A stretch of 32,000 nucleotides of DNA from Coprobacillaceae bacterium (GCA_963675915.1 OY780959.1:1350001-1382000), one strand, 5' to 3'; positions 9,071 through 17,620 are shown, counted from the stretch's first letter. Translations and numbers: made by a program. Notes: generated from the sequence alone by a model not told the origin.

Positions 9071-11858
9071 AATAGTCGCCCTCGTCTTGCATACCCAATC
9101 TTGATAACGATTGTTCAACAATATTCATTTGGTACCTTATCAGTTTTGGCTTATTTCCTTTAAAGTTTGGGAAACCGATACTTATGGCAACTAGTGATGA
9201 TCTTAACGAATCATCAATTTTATCTAATATTTTTTTTGTTTCTTCGGTAGAATTTATCCCCTCAATAACGTTCGGTTGAATTATGTAAAGTGTGAGTAGT
9301 GGATTTCGATACTTGTCAAATATAAAGAAATCAGACTGTGATAAAGAACTAGAATCACTAATTTGTAGTTTTTCTTTTTTTACGTGTTCGACATTTGTGC
9401 AGCCAAATCTTCCATCCATTGGTCCTCCTAAACGTCTACGTTTACCAGAAATTCTTAGATAATTTGCACCAATTTTGGTATCAACTCGTCGTACTGTTTC
9501 TTTAACCAATATGTCATCTGTAAGTTGGATTTCTTCACCACTCCCAGATTGAATTGCTATGTCCCATTTTTGATATTCTTCGGTATCATTAATGTAATCT
9601 ATTATCGCACTTCTTTGATATTTTGTGTTTTCAATTGGAAACTCTAATGAATGCAATAAATCGATAACGTATCTATTGTCCACATTTTTAAATCCTATTG
9701 TATTGAATTCTTTTGTTAGATAGTACTCTTGTTTCAATTTTCCCAATCTTGATTTCACAATATTCAAGTTATCTCTATTAGTATTATTGTCCCCATAGAT
9801 AAATGGTGTTTCGATCAAACTTCCGTTCATATCCACCCACACATCTTGTGACTTTGCAGTTCTCATTTTATTTCTAGCAGTTACCAATATGCTAGAATCA
9901 TTTCTCACTCTTATTCCAAAATCTAATGGTGTTAAAGATGACTTCTTGTACTGTGATATGGAATTTTTTAAGTCACTAATTGAAACATTGATATTCATGA
10001 ATAACTCCTGTGTAACATCAAGCATCCATACTCTACAAAGTTTTTCGTAACCAGTCCTGTATCCGAACCAGCGGCCCATTTGCATAAGAGTATCATAAGC
10101 GCTAGAATTTCGATAAAAATAACTGACAATTAATCCTTCTAGCGTCAATCCTCTGGAAAGGGTTATCCCCCCAACTGCGATCACACGATAGCTAAGATTA
10201 TCTTCCTTAAATTGGTTATATTTCAAATCATCTTTAGACTTTTGGTTTTTTATGATTATTTCAATATTTACTGTTGATCTCCCAAGAACTTCTCTAATAT
10301 TCTTCCAAGTATAATTGCTATCCGTGCATATTTCTTCGTATTCTTTTACAAAAGTTTCTTGCAAATCTACCATCTCCGGATTGTTGTTTCTTACAGCCCC
10401 ATCGGGATGATTAGCACAAACCTTTATGGAATTTTTCAATTCCTTCACATACTCTTCTATTTGAAATGCAACTTTTTCTTGGATACTAACGAACCTTGAT
10501 ACATTAACCATCATGGATCTATGCGATTTAACATAACCATCTAGATCCCTTATAGCGTTTGCAATAAAAAAGGTTCTAATTGCATATTTCAATGATTCTG
10601 GCAATCTATCGAAATCAGCCTCTTTTTTGTGTATCAATGGTAGTATTCTATGAATTGAATTTTCCGGATTTAATTCACCAAGGTCAGTCTCTATTGTTTT
10701 AATACAATCCTTTAAGTCACCTTTGTTTTCCAAATCATACGGATCACCAAACAATCTACTCGAACTTACGTAATTAGATGGTGATTCCAGGCAATAGATA
10801 TAATCTTTTGGAAACAAAGAAGCATGTTCCATTTCCTCCTTGTTATCAGGAGCAATAAACACATTCGCAAATGGCGTAGCAGTAAATCCGACATAACTTG
10901 TTCTTTTAAATTTATCCAACAAAGATGATATCAATTTATTCGTTTTAGTAGGATCATCACCCTCTTTATTCGTGTTCAAAGAAGCATAATCCGCTTCATC
11001 ATCAATTATCAATATTGAATGATCTATCTTTCCTGATTCATCCGAAATATTTGCATTCGTAATCCATCCTAAAAGCTTATTCAAATAGTTAACATTTTTT
11101 TTCATGACAAATATTATTGGTGATTTAACCTGATCCAAAGATATTTTCAATGTTTGCGCATTGATACTATTGAAGTCATGCTTTGTGGTAGTTACAGAAA
11201 TTGGTCTTTTTTCGATGTTTGTCTCACAATATTTCGCAACACCTATTGACGAAGTCTTTTTCAATAGCGCCTCATCGCTAGAATAGCCTAAAAAACCGTC
11301 ATCAATTCTTAATTGAGTTTGTTTTCTTAGTTCGTTATCAGTACCTGCGAGGACAACAATAAGTTTGTAACCAGCATCAGCAGCCTTATTGATAATACCG
11401 ATAAAGTTTGCTGTTTTACCAGACTGAACATCGCCAATAACTAAGCCCACTCTACTGAAAAAACGTCCAGAATCCGGATCCCCTAATAAATCAGTAATAT
11501 CATCTGTAACTTCATCGATATTGTCCAAGATTCTTTGATTAAAATTTCCAGTTCCTTTTAAATATTTTTGATACCTATCCCAGTAATACATTTCGATTTC
11601 TGTGCGTCGAGATTTGAACCATGGTGCAAATTCACCACTTGTCAATATCTTATTAGGTTTTATAATTTGAAAGTTCAATCTTGCTTTAGCTTCTTTTTTT
11701 ATCCGCTCCAATATTTCATCAGAAACTGGAGCCTGATTGAAAAATCCCGTCAAAACACCATTGTATGCCGAAATTTTATCATCTATCATAATCTCATCCA
11801 AATCTTGAATATTAGAAACCATATTTATAAAACGATTCAAATGTTCTTCATAATTCAT
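9060..11858 (-). CDS. Z1-domain protein (SF2 helicase/ATPase-like)
   Basis: 932 aa. Walker A VIGDVQSGKTANF, Walker B/DEAD-like ILIIDDEADYAS, motif III-like GFTATPFAN. The length and gene neighbours are typical of Z1 proteins. It starts 6 nt after the stop of the ATPase gene. Confidence 0.8.
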   Translation of the reverse strand: MNYEEHLNRFINMVSNIQDLDEIMIDDKISAYNGVLTGFFNQAPVSDEILERIKKEAKARLNFQIIKPNKILTSGEFAPWFKSRRTEIEMYYWDRYQKYLKGTGNFNQRILDNIDEVTDDITDLLGDPDSGRFFSRVGLVIGDVQSGKTANFIGIINKAADAGYKLIVVLAGTDNELRKQTQLRIDDGFLGYSSDEALLKKTSSIGVAKYCETNIEKRPISVTTTKHDFNSINAQTLKISLDQVKSPIIFVMKKNVNYLNKLLGWITNANISDESGKIDHSILIIDDEADYASLNTNKEGDDPTKTNKLISSLLDKFKRTSYVGFTATPFANVFIAPDNKEEMEHASLFPKDYIYCLESPSNYVSSSRLFGDPYDLENKGDLKDCIKTIETDLGELNPENSIHRILPLIHKKEADFDRLPESLKYAIRTFFIANAIRDLDGYVKSHRSMMVNVSRFVSIQEKVAFQIEEYVKELKNSIKVCANHPDGAVRNNNPEMVDLQETFVKEYEEICTDSNYTWKNIREVLGRSTVNIEIIIKNQKSKDDLKYNQFKEDNLSYRVIAVGGITLSRGLTLEGLIVSYFYRNSSAYDTLMQMGRWFGYRTGYEKLCRVWMLDVTQELFMNINVSISDLKNSISQYKKSSLTPLDFGIRVRNDSSILVTARNKMRTAKSQDVWVDMNGSLIETPFIYGDNNTNRDNLNIVKSRLGKLKQEYYLTKEFNTIGFKNVDNRYVIDLLHSLEFPIENTKYQRSAIIDYINDTEEYQKWDIAIQSGSGEEIQLTDDILVKETVRRVDTKIGANYLRISGKRRRLGGPMDGRFGCTNVEHVKKEKLQISDSSSLSQSDFFIFDKYRNPLLTLYIIQPNVIEGINSTEETKKILDKIDDSLRSSLVAISIGFPNFKGNKPKLIRYQMNIVEQSLSRLGMQDEGDYYDE

Positions 11859-11864
11859 ATCAAA

Positions 11865-13316
11865 CTATTCTCTCATTCCTCTTAATTTTTGAATAAATTC
11901 TTCCCTTCCCGAATCAGTTAAAGTTGCAATATATGCATCTATAGCTTCATTTTTAGTCATGCCCCACAGCTCCATTAAAGTTGAAACCGCATCTTCTATC
12001 CTTGCATCTATTCTATTATCAGGGGTTGCTTTTTCGTTGAAATTATTACCTTTGGCAATATTTGAATAAATGGCATCATAAGGGATATCACTTTCAATAC
12101 CGCCTATTATTTTCTCAAAAGCTTTGTATTGATCTTTATCTAAAGATTCGACAAATTTCGTGATCATCGGTCTGTCTACGTCAATAAATAACTTGACGCC
12201 TTTGGATGTTTCTTGTAGATTCCAGGAGTTATCAAAACTTTTTTCGACTATTTTCCGCCCCTTGTACACATGTGTGTATTCGCTTGCTGAAACAGTATCT
12301 TCTACAGCTTTAATAAGCTTGTCCTTGATTATATCTGGTATTGTCGCCCGACTTTTCTTTATGTCTATGTCCCAAATATCATCCAAACTATTGGGAATAT
12401 CCACCATTACCCTTGCAAGCTTAAACAGTTCCTCTTTTGAATGTAGTCTAAACCATGTACCCCAAATAATCAGCCTTTTGTTTCTATAGATGTAGAAGCC
12501 CTGATTTTTTCGTAAATTCTCTTTCCCTCCAGCTGCAATTATTTCACTTTCCTTAAGTTTGCTGATTGACGGAAGTACATACTTGTTTACTGAAATCGGA
12601 ACATCATTAACGTAAATTTTTTGTTCTCTAAATATTTGTGTTGCAGGATTGTTTTTTATGAACGGGTCTAACGGTTTTACCCGATTTCCATTTACGAATA
12701 TCCTAAGATTCCTATCGAGCAACCTGTGATATATTAAGGCAATATGATCTTCGGCTTTGACCACTAACTCGTTGAAATTTCTATCAAATTTCAAACTAGA
12801 AAGTTTAATTCTATCAAAATTTTCCCAAAGTACTATTGTCCCTGATTGATGATTGTCAAGTATATCCAAATTAGGAATAAAATCCAATTCATCGCTAGTA
12901 TACTCGTTAATGCTCCAGTCATTTGTCAACAAAATGTTATCGATATCCCACTGGTATGTTGAAATAACGTTATTCTTCTTTGATACAACTGTAAACCTTC
13001 TACACTGAGACAGTGATGCTGACTTCATACCTAACCCGAATCTCCCAAGATCATCTTCAGATCTTTCCTCATTAGGGTTACGTGATCCATACCTCATGGC
13101 TAAAAATAGCTCATTATTATCCATACCTACTCCATTGTCAACAATTTGCAAATATTTTCGTTCCTTGTCTGCTCTGGAGATTATTTGAATATCATTTGCC
13201 TTTGCAGAAATTGAATTGTCAATTATATCCGCAAGAGCTGATTCAAAAGAATATCCTATCGATCTCATTGACTCAATAAGACTTGGAGCACAAGGAATAT
13301 TTATACGCTGTTTCAT
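11865..13316 (-). CDS. GHKL-superfamily (MutL/MORC-like, HATPase_c_3-type) ATPase
   Basis: Bergerat-fold motifs: N box LADIIDNSISA, G1 box IVDNGVGM, G2 box GRFGLGMKSAS. Start ATG 13316 (MKQRINIP) is preceded by an AGGGGGAA RBS. The track's GTG start at 13358 would overlap the predicted -10 element. Confidence 0.85.
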   Translation of the reverse strand: MKQRINIPCAPSLIESMRSIGYSFESALADIIDNSISAKANDIQIISRADKERKYLQIVDNGVGMDNNELFLAMRYGSRNPNEERSEDDLGRFGLGMKSASLSQCRRFTVVSKKNNVISTYQWDIDNILLTNDWSINEYTSDELDFIPNLDILDNHQSGTIVLWENFDRIKLSSLKFDRNFNELVVKAEDHIALIYHRLLDRNLRIFVNGNRVKPLDPFIKNNPATQIFREQKIYVNDVPISVNKYVLPSISKLKESEIIAAGGKENLRKNQGFYIYRNKRLIIWGTWFRLHSKEELFKLARVMVDIPNSLDDIWDIDIKKSRATIPDIIKDKLIKAVEDTVSASEYTHVYKGRKIVEKSFDNSWNLQETSKGVKLFIDVDRPMITKFVESLDKDQYKAFEKIIGGIESDIPYDAIYSNIAKGNNFNEKATPDNRIDARIEDAVSTLMELWGMTKNEAIDAYIATLTDSGREEFIQKLRGMRE

Positions 13317-13359
13317 GTGATTTCCCCCTAAAACCTTAAAATATCGTGTCATTAACACA

Positions 13360-13388
13360 ATTATAGCATTAAATATTGTTGTTTTCAG
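13360..13388 (-). promoter_or_regulatory. Candidate sigma-A promoter of the defence operon, with an extended -10
   Basis: Minus strand reads CTGAAA (13388-13383), 17 nt, then TGcTATAAT (13368-13360). This is about 44 nt upstream of ATG 13316. Confidence 0.5.
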
Positions 13389-13506
13389 CCCCTATTGTCA
13401 TTTATTTCATATTTGTGTAACAATTATTTCAAGAAAAGTATCATTATTTTTGCGCTATTTAATCGAGTAGGAGAAAATAAATGAATTTTATTTCCGACCT
13501 CTCACA

Positions 13507-13536
13507 CCACCGTACGTGCCGTTCGGCATACGGCGG
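13507..13536 (-). ncRNA. Group II intron domain V (catalytic hairpin), shortened 30-nt form with a CGC triad
   Basis: Minus strand: CCGCCGUAU-GCC-GAAC-GGC-AC-GUACGGUGG. This gives a 9-bp lower helix, a 2-nt AC bulge on the 3' side, a 3-bp upper helix and a GNRA-like tetraloop. The triad position reads CGC instead of AGC. Confidence 0.8.
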
Positions 13537-13543
13537 TTTAAAT

Positions 13544-14827
13544 CTATACTAAAATATGTTTTAACTGATATTGGTCTAGCAGTGATGCTAGACCATTTCT
13601 TTTGAGTACTTTGTTTGTTATTTTGGTTCGCAGAAACGTGCTTGCACAGCGGGCATATGATTTCCTGGAATTTGACCATGATTCATATTGCCATCTTTGG
13701 GCCCCTAGTTTTCTCAACTGTTTTCTACGGTTCTTGATGGTTTTCCATTTCTTCCACAGGTACATTCGGATTCTAAATCTAATCCAGCCATCCAGCCTTG
13801 CACATTTGGATTTGAAATTTCCGATTCGGTAGTAATTGATCCACCCGAAAATAAGTTGCCTTATTTTCATTCGGCGAAATTCCCATGATACTGACCAACT
13901 TCTATTAGTCAGTTCTCTGAGCTTATCTTTCAAGATAGCTATTGATTTAGCATGTGGTTTGGCTTTCCATGACTGGCTGAAGTCGTCATAGTAGAATCCA
14001 AATCCCAAGTATTTGATATCATTTGGTTTGGATACTTTGCTTTTGGTCATGTTGACTTTGAGCCCCAACTTCTTTTCAATGAATTTTCGCACATTCTCCA
14101 TAACTCTATCTGCCGCTTTACTGCTACCGACAAATATCATGCAGTCATCGGCGTATCTAGTAAAATGCAACCCTCTAACCTCCAATTCTTTGTCGAGTTC
14201 GTTAAGTACGATATTACTCAGCAATGGGCTTAACGGCCCTCCTTGGCTTGATCCGATTATTGACTCTTTGTATTCTCCATCAATGCTTATTCCACTTACC
14301 AGGAATTTTCTTATCAGTGATACAATTTCACCATTCTTGACATCTTTCATGATTAAGGTAATCAATTTATCGTGGTTGATGTTATCAAAGAATTTCTCCA
14401 AGTCAATGTCAACAATCCATTGGAAACCATCATTCATGTATTCCAATGATTTGATGATTGCCATCTCACAATTTCTATTAGGTCTAAAACCGTAGCTGTT
14501 ATCGCTGAACAAGGGTTCATAGATAGGAATCAATACCTGGGCGATGGCTTGTTGAACGAACCTGTCGAGCACTGTTGGCACTCCTAGGTTTCTAACTCCA
14601 CCATCTAGTTTAGGTATTTCCACTCTTAATACAGGCTGTGGTTTGTATTTCCTGTTTTGTATCATTTCCTTTATTTCATCAAGATGTTCATCGAGATGTC
14701 CTTTGAGGTCCAATACTTTCATTCCATCAACGCCACTAGCGCCTTTGTTTCGTTTTACTTGGGTATATGCCTTTTTGAGATTGATATCACTAAGCATTTC
14801 TTCAAGTAATGTGTTATCAGTATTCAT
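13544..14827 (-). CDS. Group II intron-encoded reverse transcriptase/maturase with no HNH endonuclease domain
   Basis: RNKGASGVDG (RT0/1), GVPTVLDRFVQQAI, SQGGPLSPLLSNIVL (RT4), RYADDCMIF (RT5 YADD), and a maturase X region WINYYRIGN. The C-terminus is basic and has no CxxC/HNH. The best start is ATG 14827 (MNTDNTLLEEML) with GGAGGT 9 nt upstream. The track's 14941 start is a TTG. Confidence 0.9.
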   Translation of the reverse strand: MNTDNTLLEEMLSDINLKKAYTQVKRNKGASGVDGMKVLDLKGHLDEHLDEIKEMIQNRKYKPQPVLRVEIPKLDGGVRNLGVPTVLDRFVQQAIAQVLIPIYEPLFSDNSYGFRPNRNCEMAIIKSLEYMNDGFQWIVDIDLEKFFDNINHDKLITLIMKDVKNGEIVSLIRKFLVSGISIDGEYKESIIGSSQGGPLSPLLSNIVLNELDKELEVRGLHFTRYADDCMIFVGSSKAADRVMENVRKFIEKKLGLKVNMTKSKVSKPNDIKYLGFGFYYDDFSQSWKAKPHAKSIAILKDKLRELTNRSWSVSWEFRRMKIRQLIFGWINYYRIGNFKSKCARLDGWIRFRIRMYLWKKWKTIKNRRKQLRKLGAQRWQYESWSNSRKSYARCASTFLRTKITNKVLKRNGLASLLDQYQLKHILV

Positions 14828-15352
14828 ATTTCCGTTACCTCCATTGATTTCGCTATTCATCAGGCTCACTTCCCCTACATTCTTCTTTCGGGCCTTGATA
14901 GTGTGTTCGTCTGTCTTTGAGGTTTCGCGTGATGAAATCAAGCCTAATTTTAATAACTGATAGATTCATTCAGTCCTTCACTCCATGGCCATTACAGCCA
15001 CTTCTTCGCTACTACGACGTCTGCTGACTTCTTGCGATTCGTTGTTACTAGGATTGCTCCCTCGCAAGATCTCCCGGGATAAGGTCATATCTCTTTCACC
15101 CCATATATCCGCCACATTTACATATAATAGTTGTGTTCCGCAACCTCTTATGACTTCGCGTTGTTTGGCACGCTCGTCCCCATTACATGCCTGATATGTG
15201 ATTCGTGTACCTCGGACCAGGGTTTTGCCTCCATCTTCCTTCAGATTCCACCTCACGATGGACACCCTTGATATTGGCTAGTGGTTGGCAGTTGCGACGT
15301 CACCCCCACAGTGGACTTTCACCACCTAGATATATGCCATGCCCGGCATACC

Positions 15353-15385
15353 AAAAAAAAAAGAACGTCAACCAAACGTTCTTTT
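15353..15385 (-). terminator. Rho-independent terminator of the surface-protein gene, which also forms the 5'-exon target of the intron
   Basis: Minus strand: AAAAGAACGU-UUGGUUG-ACGUUCUUUU, followed by a run of U (plus-strand A10 at 15353-15362). The stem pairs 15359-15368 with 15376-15385. It lies 48 nt after the stop at 15433. Confidence 0.8.
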
Positions 15386-15432
15386 CATAAAATAATAATG
15401 TACTAGATGTTTATTAATTATGGGTTATATGC

Positions 15433-17508
15433 TTATAATGTTTCTTTCTTTTTTAACAAATATAAAGCTCCGGATCCACTTAGAGTCATCATGGCCATAT
15501 ATCCGGCAACTGAAGTTGAATCTCCTGTATCAACAGTAGTTTCTTCTTTAGTTTCATTGGAAAGATTTTCAACTACAGGTGTTTTGTCTTCTGGTTCTTC
15601 GGTTACTACAGGTGCGCTAAGTACTGTAAATGTAGTGCTAGCCCATCCATCAGTATAAGCTAGATCCAAAGTATGTTCACCAGCAGTCAAGCTACTGATA
15701 TAATCAGCATTGAATGTGATGATAGTACTTCCTGATTCCAAAGTGAAGGCATCTTTGTCAACGTACATGTCATCAACGAAAAGGTCGGTTAAATTTTTCA
15801 ATGGTCCTTTACAGACAAACTTCATTGCTGCACCGCTACCAGTTGTGTATTCACCTTTAGCTCCTTGAGTGTATTCATAATCCATATAAGGAGTTGCAGT
15901 TACCATTACCGCATCCGAAGCTTTCATAGTATCGGTTTCTTGATATCTTACATACCAATCACCAGCATCAACAAAAGTTAATCCTTCCGTGCACGCACTC
16001 CATTCTTCTGCATCCAAAGTTGCTGCATATTCCATATCTGTGGTAGAGTTGATAATCATTTCAACTCCACCTTCCAAGTCAGTTGGTGTTTCTTGAGACA
16101 ATTTTTCCATTGCCATGATCGGATCAAAGAAAACATCATCAGTTGGTGTCCCTGAAATTTTGACTTGTGATGGACTAACCTTTTCCAAAGTCACTCCATC
16201 AACGGTGATCTGTTGATCTTCAGTTGAATATATATCTGCAAAATAATAACCTGAATCAGCATTTAAAATTATATCTTCCATTGGTCCAAATAGATATTCT
16301 TGAATCGTAGGAGCTGAGTTCGCTGCTAAAGACACATGAGAATCTGATGCAATTGCTATTCCTACATTACTTCCGTCATCAACATGGAAGTCATTGATTA
16401 CAACATTACTGACATAATCCGATGTATCAGAACCATTCACTTGTTCTCCAAATATTGCCAACTCATAATCACCTTCGTCAATTGTTTCTGGAATTGTGAA
16501 GGTCTTTTGACCTGGTTGTGAGTCTCCAATTTTACCATAAGCAACTACATTACCATCAAAGTCCGTCAACATCGCAGATACTTGATTGTATGAATTTGAA
16601 TCAATGTTAGTAACGTCGATAGTTACTTCATTAGTCACTTGTCCATAAGAAGGCACAACAGCATCAAATGATTGATCATCATTGATCAACGTTGTTTGCC
16701 AAACAGTATCGGCAGAGACATTATTGCTGCCAACCAAAGCAAAATCAGATTTTACTGTTCCTTGAGAAGTTGTAAAAGCCACTAAATCCAAATCCAAATT
16801 CATTGCTGGTCGAACAAGTTCATTAGAGTCCCATGGTGCAGGAAAAGTAGATACAGTTCCACCGGGATCAACCTCCCAGACATACAAATTATTTTCAGGA
16901 GAACGTAACCACCAATAATATGAGTAGTTTGCAAGCGTACTTGTGCTCCCAAAACCATAGTCATTTGTCTGAACATCGTTTAAATCCAATAAGAACACCT
17001 TATCATAGGTTGTCACGCTTGGGAAGGTTGTTCCTTCTCCTGCATATGTGTTAGAACCACTGATTTCAGTATTTACCAAGGCTCCTTGTTCGATGCTGGA
17101 GAAGCCCGCTAAAAAATCGACGTTTAAATAATTACGAATATCACTAGTCGACCAGTCACTTGATTCACTGTCAAAAGTCATATGTGCAACTTCTTTAGAT
17201 GAAAGCAGCAACATATCACCTTGTGATGATGAACTACCGCCTAGGTAACCATTAGCGTCCAAGACATACCATTCTCTTCCGGCATAGCTTATTTTGCTTC
17301 CGCTCCACGCTGTCGTACTGCTGTCTATACTGGTTGGATTTTCAATTCCATGAATATTACCATCAATGTTCAGGTTGATATCATTGACAACTTGAGGTGC
17401 TGCCATCGCATCAACAGAGGCAGTTCCACTGATAGCTGGCACCATGCCAAAGACAGTCGCAAAACTCAAACCTGCTGCAAATGCTTTTTTTACAATTTTG
17501 TTTCTCAT
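15433..17508 (-). CDS. Secreted cell-surface protein with an N-terminal signal peptide and a C-terminal hydrophobic anchor with a basic tail
   Basis: N-terminus MRNKIVKKAFAAGLSFATVFGMVPAISGTASVDAMA. A Ser/Thr/Asp-rich body contains a YYWWLRSP motif. The C-terminus is ...KEETTVDTGDSTSVAGYMAMMTLSGSGALYLLKKKETL. An AAGGGAAAGG RBS precedes the start. Confidence 0.8.
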   Translation of the reverse strand: MRNKIVKKAFAAGLSFATVFGMVPAISGTASVDAMAAPQVVNDINLNIDGNIHGIENPTSIDSSTTAWSGSKISYAGREWYVLDANGYLGGSSSSQGDMLLLSSKEVAHMTFDSESSDWSTSDIRNYLNVDFLAGFSSIEQGALVNTEISGSNTYAGEGTTFPSVTTYDKVFLLDLNDVQTNDYGFGSTSTLANYSYYWWLRSPENNLYVWEVDPGGTVSTFPAPWDSNELVRPAMNLDLDLVAFTTSQGTVKSDFALVGSNNVSADTVWQTTLINDDQSFDAVVPSYGQVTNEVTIDVTNIDSNSYNQVSAMLTDFDGNVVAYGKIGDSQPGQKTFTIPETIDEGDYELAIFGEQVNGSDTSDYVSNVVINDFHVDDGSNVGIAIASDSHVSLAANSAPTIQEYLFGPMEDIILNADSGYYFADIYSTEDQQITVDGVTLEKVSPSQVKISGTPTDDVFFDPIMAMEKLSQETPTDLEGGVEMIINSTTDMEYAATLDAEEWSACTEGLTFVDAGDWYVRYQETDTMKASDAVMVTATPYMDYEYTQGAKGEYTTGSGAAMKFVCKGPLKNLTDLFVDDMYVDKDAFTLESGSTIITFNADYISSLTAGEHTLDLAYTDGWASTTFTVLSAPVVTEEPEDKTPVVENLSNETKEETTVDTGDSTSVAGYMAMMTLSGSGALYLLKKKETL

Positions 17509-17620
17509 TTACCTTTCCCTTTCTTAAGTCACTAAATAGATTAAAATTTTCAAAGCAAATAAATTTTATCAAAATGCAATTTTCAATGTAACTGGCCAAA
17601 TGGCTAGTCTTGTATACTGA

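Larger units (their letters stand above)
13467..15350 (-). mobile_element. Group II intron with bacterial class-C hallmarks, about 1.88 kb (each boundary +/- about 10 nt)
   Basis: An RT/maturase ORF is embedded between structured GC-rich RNA. One 60-nt line at 15001 counted 48% GC. Domain V lies 8 nt after the ORF stop. The putative 5' end GUAUG (15350) follows directly after the U-tract of a terminator hairpin. The putative 3' end ...CUCCUAC (13467) follows a domain-VI-like hairpin (GGAAAUAAA/UUUAUUUUCUCC). Confidence 0.8.

Noticed and set aside
9071-9121. Longer start (9121) for the PD-(D/E)XK protein, and likewise 6031 for the 176-aa ORF and 21544 for the lipoprotein
   Set aside because: Each longer version begins deep inside the preceding gene or promoter without an RBS. 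The shorter starts have SD sequences and give classic stop/start coupling or a clean lipoprotein signal peptide.
13317-13358. N-terminal extension of the GHKL ATPase (track start at GTG 13358)
   Set aside because: The extension would start 2 nt from the predicted -10 box. ATG 13316 has a proper AGGGGG RBS, and the conserved ATPase N-terminus begins just after it.
13409-13421. A 13-nt exact match (ATATTTGTGTAAC) between the island/intron junction and the paralog-B promoter (25297-25309), as possible att-like repeats
   Set aside because: In 32 kb of AT-rich DNA, several 13-mer coincidences are expected by chance. The flanking bases do not extend the match.
13544-14941. The reverse transcriptase next to a defence island could be a defence-associated RT (retron, DRT or Abi-type)
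   Set aside because: It has the maturase X domain and typical group II IEP blocks. It is followed 8 nt later by a textbook domain V hairpin and sits in a 1.9-kb element starting at a terminator. That makes it a bona fide mobile group II intron rather than a stand-alone defence RT.
14013-15265. Track ORFs at 14013-14495 (+), 14643-14960 (+), 14978-15265 (-) and 14985-15194 (+)
   Set aside because: The first two are antisense to the intron RT/maturase. The last two fall in the structured GC-rich domains I-III of the group II intron RNA. None has an RBS or a recognisable motif.
15353-15362. An A10 homopolymer as a possible phase-variation tract
   Set aside because: It is intergenic and is simply the U-tract (minus strand) of the terminator hairpin at 15359-15385.
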